From Pseudomonadota bacterium (GTDB taxonomy: Bacteria; Bdellovibrionota_B; Oligoflexia; Silvanigrellales; Silvanigrellaceae), in contig JBDLRP010000007.1 in assembly GCA_039799905.1 (NCBI GenBank), positions 1 through 34,076 of the forward strand: a DNA stretch of 34,076 nt, read 5' to 3'. Shown here piece by piece: positions 27,982 through 34,076 of this stretch. Below the pieces are notes generated by a model. It saw only the letters and a list, made by a program, of their open reading frames with translations. It did not search any database and was not told where the DNA came from. Numbering within the stretch: position 1 is the stretch's first letter; every line of letters starts with the position of its first letter. The position numbers and the translations under genes are program-made.

Positions 27982-29181
27982 ATGCGCCGTCAGAGACGAA
28001 ACCAAAAAGGTTTTTCAATCGTCGAAGTGATGCTGGGGCTGACCCTGCTCCTGACGGTCTTTGGATTTTCTTTCAAAAACCTGCAGGAACTCCGCACCGG
28101 AATGCAGCGTGTCACGACTTCGGGTCCGCATCTTTTTTTTGAAAGCTTCGCTGTCTCGCGCTTGAAGCTGTATTTTGCAAAGGTATTGCAGTGGAACACA
28201 CATATTTGTCCGGGCAAACCTAAACTCTCTGTATTTGACGCCGCTGAACCGTCTTGTCTCTGCGAAGATGCCGCATATTTTGCCTATGCATCCAACAATG
28301 ACTCGCTCACCGCAGGATACACGGCAGAAGTATCCGGTGATCCAAATGCAGGAATGTCTGACGCGACTCGGAAGACAATAGGAAACAAAACCCTTGGTGC
28401 CGACATGCGCCTCTCGCTCAGCACTTTTGGCATAAAAGACATTGCACCGAGTGGAGAGAGCGGACCATTCAAGACTCTTCTGCAAATTGCAGCTGAAAAA
28501 AGAACTGACTCCAAACAAGCTCCCTGGGGGGCACTGATTCCCTTCCATACCGTTGACGAATGGAACGCAGCTAATCCGTTTTCACGTGAATGGTGCGTCA
28601 AGAGAAAACCTGTGGCTGGCAGTATTGGTGATGAAATGTGCAAAGAATTCGACAGATGCGCGGAAGTCGCCGGCGGGTTGGGTGGCAAGCGTCCGGTCAA
28701 CCAATTGGGTTTTCAGGGAACTGCGGAGAAGAATCTGCGCGGCAAAAAGACATTTTCGATGTGCTTTGTGTTTGCTGGAAACTTGTTCACAAGGTCCGAC
28801 AACAGCAACCTTAACAATCAGTCACTCGGACTAGCAGCGCTCGACAACCCCGCCGTCGTGGGACTGGCGGTGGCCACCGCACGATTTGTCGACAACAGGA
28901 ACCAACAAGAATTGACCTGTAACCAAGCCGCCTTTGAAATGAACAGAAGTGTCAAGGTCAATGTGAATATCTACACCGCGCTCAACGCTGATATGACCGA
29001 CGGAAAAAAACAAACCGCGCAAAAATCTGTTCGTGAAATTACAGGCGAGAAATTGGGAGTTGCCAGTCCCAACTGTTTGGCCCCCAACCGCGGCGGTGAA
29101 AAGGCCGTTAAGGGTGATGCAGTCTGTCTTCAGGACCCAACGTGGATTTACCAATGCAGTCAATCTTGTCTTCTGTTTTAA
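27982..29181 (+). CDS. Large type IV minor pilin-like protein (PilV-like), Cys-rich
   Basis: Class III signal MRRQRRNQKG|FSIVEVMLGLTLLL with Glu5; 399 aa, 12 Cys. Confidence 0.8.
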   Translation: MRRQRRNQKGFSIVEVMLGLTLLLTVFGFSFKNLQELRTGMQRVTTSGPHLFFESFAVSRLKLYFAKVLQWNTHICPGKPKLSVFDAAEPSCLCEDAAYFAYASNNDSLTAGYTAEVSGDPNAGMSDATRKTIGNKTLGADMRLSLSTFGIKDIAPSGESGPFKTLLQIAAEKRTDSKQAPWGALIPFHTVDEWNAANPFSREWCVKRKPVAGSIGDEMCKEFDRCAEVAGGLGGKRPVNQLGFQGTAEKNLRGKKTFSMCFVFAGNLFTRSDNSNLNNQSLGLAALDNPAVVGLAVATARFVDNRNQQELTCNQAAFEMNRSVKVNVNIYTALNADMTDGKKQTAQKSVREITGEKLGVASPNCLAPNRGGEKAVKGDAVCLQDPTWIYQCSQSCLLF

Positions 29182-29199
29182 AGAGGTAAGGAGTGCGCC

Positions 29200-31587
29200 A
29201 TGCTGCGACGAAAAAATAAAATTGCCAAGGGCCAAAGTGGAAATGCTACAACCACGGGGCTGATGATCCTGTCGGGTGTGGCCGCTGCAACGGCGGCGGT
29301 GTTGACCGTGAACCAAGGTCTCAGAAAAAGCCGCGACCTTGGCGACCAAACAGATCTTGAGCGCCGCCTCAATGAATCAGCACTGCAGACGGTCACCCAA
29401 CTCATCACCAACGGAGCTCTCCACTTCAACGAGAAGTGCAACAGACTCGAGCCGACTCAGGAATTTGATTTGACTGGAAAGTTGGTCAACGAAAATTACG
29501 TGTTTCCGGCAGCGGATGCAAACGGAGCCGAGAGTTGCGGAAGCATTCAGGCAAAAAGAAAAGCCATCGACTGCGGCAGTGAAGTGGCAAACGCCCAATG
29601 GCTGTATGAAAACAATGCGCAAGAAGGCCGCGAGATCGTCTCGGTTTGCGTCACTTCCACCGAGAAAAAAGCTGGAGTGCTTGTCAGCTCCAAGAAAATC
29701 GTCAAGGTCTCATTCGAGAAATACGTCAATGAAGAGGACGATGCCAAGAACCTGCGAAGAATCGCGCTTGCCAAGTCACAGCCACAGGGCCGCAACTTGC
29801 GCGGCGCATTCTATTCTTCGCTCAACGGAAAAATATCTCTTGGTTTAAAAGAGGGAAACGCAGGTCTGCTGGGCAAACATGGTGCGGCAGACTCGTGTTT
29901 TTATATGCGACCCATCACTTCGGAACAAAAACGGGGCAAGCTTTCTTCTAAAAATCTTGCCTTCAATGCGCGCGCCACCAATGCGAAATACACCCTATCC
30001 GAACTTGAGCCGCGTCCGGATGGCCCGAACAGCGATGAATATGGCGAGACACATGACCTCACCACTCAGGCTCCCGAGGGCTATGAAGTTCTGGCGGTAT
30101 ATCGGAACAACCTTTTGGATAAGAAATACAAGTCGAATTTCCGAGGCAACCGACCATCGTCCGACAATTGGAACAGCAATGCATTGGCTTGGACGCCGCC
30201 CGACGTGAGCGCGAGTGGCGGCAGAAGCCGCTACACCGCAGAGATTCTCAGTGTCGACAAATACCACCAGGTTCCCGGAAAACCGCAGCCGCATTTTATC
30301 GGAGTCATGCCCAACGTTCCAAACGGGCCGCAGTTCCAATACTTTCTGGCCGCGAAAGTTGGAACTTCACAACACCTTCACGACCGCAAAACTTTCAACC
30401 CGGCGTTCTTTGGAGAATTCAAACAGGGCTGTGTGACTTCCACGGGCGACAGCAAGGCGACGTTCTGCACCCGCGTCGACATTCCGCTCAAGACTTACAA
30501 GGCGACCTTTAACAACAAGTGCACTAGTAAAAAACAAGATTTGAAGGCAGCAAAATACAACGAAGCACGCGATGTCAAATACGCAAACCGCGCTGTGCTG
30601 ACCAGCTGCAACAAGGAATGGGTCGATACCGTAGAAAAACTTTTGAAGGAGGAGGAGTCGAAGCTGACCGGCTTGCAAAAGCCTGAAGACGCGACCACTG
30701 CAGCAATGGCTTTTTCCGCGCTGGAAGTGGACGATGACTTCATCCAAAAGAAAGGAAAATGGGCGGGACATCCCATCCGCAACGCATACGATTCTTTCAA
30801 ATCCACAATCGAAAAGGATGGCGGGAAAGTCGTTGATGACTACACGGTCGAGTATGTGGGTGACCAAGACCAGGTCACGATCACCACTGAAACCGACGCA
30901 GACGGAAACACGACCGAGAAAATTGAAATTGTTTACAAAGCCAAAGTGATTAGCCATGATATCCCGATGATCCAGGAACTCCAGGGGGTTGCCGAAGAGG
31001 AAAAACACGAGGCAAAAAGCTGTGCTTATTTTAAATACTATGATCCCACCAACCCCAAGACCTGCTCGATCTCGTTCGTAACAAAAAACGACGCGGGTTT
31101 CGTGTGCCGCAACAACGACGGCTGCTTCGATGAGCTTACCAAGATCCGTATGGCAGACGGCTCCGATCGTCTTGTGACACAGCTGCGAAAAGGCGATTTC
31201 GTATACAATCCCGTCACGAAAATGCCGGCCAAGATCACCAAACTGACTATTGGTCCGGAATTGAAGCCGCTCCTTCATGTGACTGTCGGCGGTTCTACGG
31301 TGCGCGTGACAGACTCGCACCCGTTCATGACCACACGTGGATGGGTTGCAGCGAAGAATCTGCGTTCAACGGATAAAATTCTTGGACGAGACGGAAAATA
31401 TCTTGGAATTCAGAAGGTGGAGATTGGCGCTTCTGGACATACGGTTGCCAACCTCGCGCTGGAGGGCCCCGCAAACCAACCAGAACTTCATTATGTTTTG
31501 GCTGACGGTGTCGTCACAGGCGACCTCGTCATTCAGAACATGCTTGAACAAAGGGCCGCGCTCACGGACGAAGGTCGGGGTAAATAA
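29200..31587 (+). CDS. Giant PilX-like prepilin with C-terminal Hint domain
   Basis: Basic leader ...GQSG|NATTTGLMILSGVAAATAAVL lacking Glu5 (PilX/GspK-like); flanked by two prepilins; Hint domain at aa 642-775; AGGAG RBS. Confidence 0.75.
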   Translation: MLRRKNKIAKGQSGNATTTGLMILSGVAAATAAVLTVNQGLRKSRDLGDQTDLERRLNESALQTVTQLITNGALHFNEKCNRLEPTQEFDLTGKLVNENYVFPAADANGAESCGSIQAKRKAIDCGSEVANAQWLYENNAQEGREIVSVCVTSTEKKAGVLVSSKKIVKVSFEKYVNEEDDAKNLRRIALAKSQPQGRNLRGAFYSSLNGKISLGLKEGNAGLLGKHGAADSCFYMRPITSEQKRGKLSSKNLAFNARATNAKYTLSELEPRPDGPNSDEYGETHDLTTQAPEGYEVLAVYRNNLLDKKYKSNFRGNRPSSDNWNSNALAWTPPDVSASGGRSRYTAEILSVDKYHQVPGKPQPHFIGVMPNVPNGPQFQYFLAAKVGTSQHLHDRKTFNPAFFGEFKQGCVTSTGDSKATFCTRVDIPLKTYKATFNNKCTSKKQDLKAAKYNEARDVKYANRAVLTSCNKEWVDTVEKLLKEEESKLTGLQKPEDATTAAMAFSALEVDDDFIQKKGKWAGHPIRNAYDSFKSTIEKDGGKVVDDYTVEYVGDQDQVTITTETDADGNTTEKIEIVYKAKVISHDIPMIQELQGVAEEEKHEAKSCAYFKYYDPTNPKTCSISFVTKNDAGFVCRNNDGCFDELTKIRMADGSDRLVTQLRKGDFVYNPVTKMPAKITKLTIGPELKPLLHVTVGGSTVRVTDSHPFMTTRGWVAAKNLRSTDKILGRDGKYLGIQKVEIGASGHTVANLALEGPANQPELHYVLADGVVTGDLVIQNMLEQRAALTDEGRGK
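31123..31524 (+). other. Hint (Hedgehog/intein) autoprocessing domain, no endonuclease
   Basis: Block A G|CFDELTKIRMADGS...LRKGDFV, block B VTDSHPF (TxxH), GWVAAKNL, block F/G VANLAL...HYVLADGVVTGD. Confidence 0.9.
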
Positions 31588-31592
31588 AAGTC

Positions 31593-32459
31593 ATGAAGTC
31601 GCTTGGCTCGGAACGAGGTTTGACCCTTGCCGAACTTCTGATCACAGTCTCACTGACGAGCATTGCGTCATTGGTTGGCGCGATGCTGCTGAGTGACTAC
31701 ATGGCGACCGCACGCACATTGCGTGTTCAGGGAGATGCCAACATTGAACTTGTCTCTCTCTTGAAGGGAATCACCCGTGATTTTCAGACTTCGAACACAA
31801 CCCGACGAGCTTGCCTGTTAGACAGAATTGCCGATGACAAACCAGAAGTTCTGGCCGCGTATAACTGCTTTTCAGACCAGCAGCGGAGTGTTTTTGCAAC
31901 GACCGATGGAATCGGCTTCAATATCGATGCAACCGGGCGACCCCAGTCTGCCTACGTCAACACCTGTGTCACTTTTAAAAATGAAGAACTGCCCGTCGGA
32001 AAAGGCGGAAGGCACGCAGCGCCGCCTTTTCCAAACAATCTCAATTGGGGCGGAGCGAGCAAAATATGTCCCGCAGAATGCCCCGCCGGACAGCGTCCGG
32101 TTGTTAAGTTTCTTGATAAGACAAAGGGCTTGGTCAGTGCAAAACAGGTACCCAAAGCATCCACGACAAACAGCACGCTGGAAGTTTGGGGTGCTGTGAT
32201 CTGCGGTTCGGAATTTGAAGATCTCAGGCAGTTACAGGACCTCAAGAGCCGACAATTTCTTGCTCAATCAATCAACGTGCTGGCGTTTGTGGCACGCGGA
32301 CGATTCGACGTGAGATTTCCCTCTGTGCCAGATCCTGCAGACGCAAAAAAGAAAATCAAACAAAGTTATGTCTGGCTGACTGGCGGAATTGTTCTCGACT
32401 TTCTTGACTCACAAGAGATGGCAATTTTCCGCTGCAAACCAAATGACCCGACTTGCTGA
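31593..32459 (+). CDS. Type IV minor pilin-like protein (PilW-like), Cys-rich
   Basis: MKSLGSERG|LTLAELLITVSL with Glu5, amphipathic helix ending ITRDF; 8 Cys; 5 nt after the previous stop. Confidence 0.8.
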   Translation: MKSLGSERGLTLAELLITVSLTSIASLVGAMLLSDYMATARTLRVQGDANIELVSLLKGITRDFQTSNTTRRACLLDRIADDKPEVLAAYNCFSDQQRSVFATTDGIGFNIDATGRPQSAYVNTCVTFKNEELPVGKGGRHAAPPFPNNLNWGGASKICPAECPAGQRPVVKFLDKTKGLVSAKQVPKASTTNSTLEVWGAVICGSEFEDLRQLQDLKSRQFLAQSINVLAFVARGRFDVRFPSVPDPADAKKKIKQSYVWLTGGIVLDFLDSQEMAIFRCKPNDPTC

Positions 32460-32471
32460 ACGCCGGACGAC

Positions 32472-33164
32472 TCATTTGATTTGCTGATTAATCCAACCGT
32501 CGATGGAACGGGCCGTAAGAACGTCACCATGACCTACCAAAAATTTCTCGTATCCGGCTGACCTGAGTTCAATAATTTGCTCTAAGACCTTTTTGTTGTT
32601 GACGTTCAGCGGATGAAAGTTCGGCTTCCATGCAGGAGGCAGACCGAGCACTCCACCCATGATCAGATCACCGACGCATACTGAGCGATTCTCCATCAGC
32701 ACACAGACGGATGCTTCTGTGTGCCCGCCCGTGACAATTACCTCGCCCTCGACTCCAAACTCGCTCAGGTCAAGTGAACCTGCGACGGGATAATCAATCC
32801 GAACGGGCTGAAACTCTGATTTAACTGCCTGCCGCATCACCCGCTTCACGAATGGCAGAGAACTTGCAATTTTCATTATCGCAGAAGCATCTTCCTGACG
32901 TCCCTCCGACAAAAACGGCTGCGCCTTTTCGGATGCAATGACCGGAACTCCCTCGGCTTGAAGGAACGAGGCGCAGCCGCAGTGATCGAAGTGTGCATGC
33001 GTGAGGACGACCGCCGACAAACTCCTGATCTGCACTCCGGACCTGCCGAGAAATTGAGCTAGAAAAGGCCAGTCTCCGCAGCAGCCACAGTCAACAAGAA
33101 TCGTTTTTTTATCTTTAACCAAAAAGGCATTCGAGAGCGAAAGCGGAATTGTTTCGACCTTCAT
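32472..33164 (-). CDS. MBL-fold metallo-hydrolase
   Basis: ILVDCG, LTHAHFDHCG (HxHxDH), GHT, GD, GHG motifs. Confidence 0.92.
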   Translation of the reverse strand: MKVETIPLSLSNAFLVKDKKTILVDCGCCGDWPFLAQFLGRSGVQIRSLSAVVLTHAHFDHCGCASFLQAEGVPVIASEKAQPFLSEGRQEDASAIMKIASSLPFVKRVMRQAVKSEFQPVRIDYPVAGSLDLSEFGVEGEVIVTGGHTEASVCVLMENRSVCVGDLIMGGVLGLPPAWKPNFHPLNVNNKKVLEQIIELRSAGYEKFLVGHGDVLTARSIDGWINQQIK

Positions 33165-34076
33165 CTATCGCTCCGTCAAAACTGATTTCAAAAGGAGATT
33201 CTGGTCCATGAATCTCACGGCAGTATCTCTGAGAAGAGCGGAGGCTTCACTCCACTCGACACGTTCAAACAGCGGTTGACTCTGAAGAGCGTAAGCCTGC
33301 ATTTCGTTGAGAACCACATATTCGCTGTCGGTTTTATAAAGGCTCTCCGTAAAAAATCGGAGCGGAAGCATTTTCCATTTGTGATTCGAAATCGCCTGCG
33401 TCACCGCGTTGCGGTATTCCGGAGAGGAAAAATAAACAGCGTGCAGAAACTCATGCGAGGGAATTCCGGCAATCACAGAAAAGGCATTGAAGGTCAAAAG
33501 ATACTGCCATTCCTGCTTGCGCAGAAAACTCCACATCCGTTTTTCTTCAGGCGAAGTTTCGCTCTCGGATTCTATTTTCTCAGTAACTCTGTCGAAGTCC
33601 TTGCGCAAAAGATTGTAGCCCTGCCAGAATCGAAGCAACAGCGGTGAATTGTGTTCTTCCTGTGTTCGGACACGTCCTCCCTGCTCGATAACATAGGCAA
33701 TTCGACCCAACGCCTGATTTGCTTGCGTATTGCCGTATGTCAAACACACCAGCGCGCCGTTCAATTCACTGCTCGCAGCACACAAGACGTCGATATTGCG
33801 TCGACCCGAGTGAACAAGCGTTCCGAAGCTGTAATCGAGCCACTGCCGATAGGACACCGGCCGGTCAAGTAAGCGTACGCGCGGCCAGGCGGCATCTCCA
33901 CTCTGGGGAATGTCATTGCCGTGCTCGTCCTGAAGCCAAATAGATTCTGGCGTCCCGATTCTTCTCAACGAGTCAGTGATGCGGCATGCGCGCTGATCCC
34001 CCGATTCGCAACCCTCCGCAAGGCGGCCGGCCTCAGCTTTCGAAAAGATCGAATCCCAGGCAGTTCTTGCTGACAC
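33165..34076 (-). CDS. Hypothetical protein with HExxH motif, 5' end beyond the window
   Basis: Open frame to the window edge; SHEFLHA plus downstream NEMQAY; stop abuts the MBL start. Confidence 0.6.
   Translation of the reverse strand: MSARTAWDSIFSKAEAGRLAEGCESGDQRACRITDSLRRIGTPESIWLQDEHGNDIPQSGDAAWPRVRLLDRPVSYRQWLDYSFGTLVHSGRRNIDVLCAASSELNGALVCLTYGNTQANQALGRIAYVIEQGGRVRTQEEHNSPLLLRFWQGYNLLRKDFDRVTEKIESESETSPEEKRMWSFLRKQEWQYLLTFNAFSVIAGIPSHEFLHAVYFSSPEYRNAVTQAISNHKWKMLPLRFFTESLYKTDSEYVVLNEMQAYALQSQPLFERVEWSEASALLRDTAVRFMDQNLLLKSVLTER

Noticed and set aside
29648..30445. CVTST pentapeptide occurring twice in the 795-aa protein
   Set aside because: Flanking sequences do not align, so there is no support for an internal domain repeat
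30367..31320. 317-aa antisense ORF inside the Hint-pilin gene, and similar shadow ORFs such as 13559-14224, 3367-3972 and 26428-27030
   Set aside because: Each lies almost wholly opposite a well-supported gene and has no recognisable motifs; consistent with codon-bias shadows
31123..31524. Hint domain as a true mobile intein
   Set aside because: No homing endonuclease, no terminal His-Asn and no +1 Cys/Ser/Thr; only 20 aa follow, and the host is not a conserved housekeeping protein
1..34076. CRISPR arrays, tRNA/rRNA, riboswitches, IS or prophage genes, anti-phage defence systems
   Set aside because: No spaced direct repeats, structured RNA signatures, transposase/integrase or defence-type domains were seen by eye; intergenic gaps are all short. 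A covariance-model scan was not possible

Overview
A gene-dense, roughly 50% GC bacterial chromosomal segment (GC judged by eye) with about 30 CDSs. I saw no rRNA, tRNA, CRISPR array or mobile element. The many Cys-rich lipoproteins, secreted hydrolases and oversized pilin-like proteins suggest a Bdellovibrionota/Oligoflexia-like organism; this is inference, not a database result. Recognisable genes include ahpC-ahpF with an OxyR-like operator, a C1 papain-like protease, a vWA lipoprotein, an aspartoacylase, a GDPD, PldB, an S8 subtilase, an FMN reductase and nitroreductase, a tandem CpcT/CpeT-like protein, a VirK-like protein, an M48 peptidase, an ABC ATPase and permease, a dipeptide epimerase, an MFS transporter, copA and an MBL hydrolase. 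The strongest candidate for an undescribed system is a three-gene cluster of giant Cys-rich type IV minor-pilin-like proteins (27982-32459) behind a near-consensus sigma28 promoter. Its central PilX-like 795-aa protein ends in a Hint (Hedgehog/intein) domain that lacks the C-terminal His-Asn and the +1 nucleophile, so it may self-cleave or self-ligate rather than splice. Second is a pair of paralogous lipoproteins (5423-7069, 19959-21602) with trypsin-like His and Ser motifs about 380-400 aa apart; both also have sigma28-like promoters.
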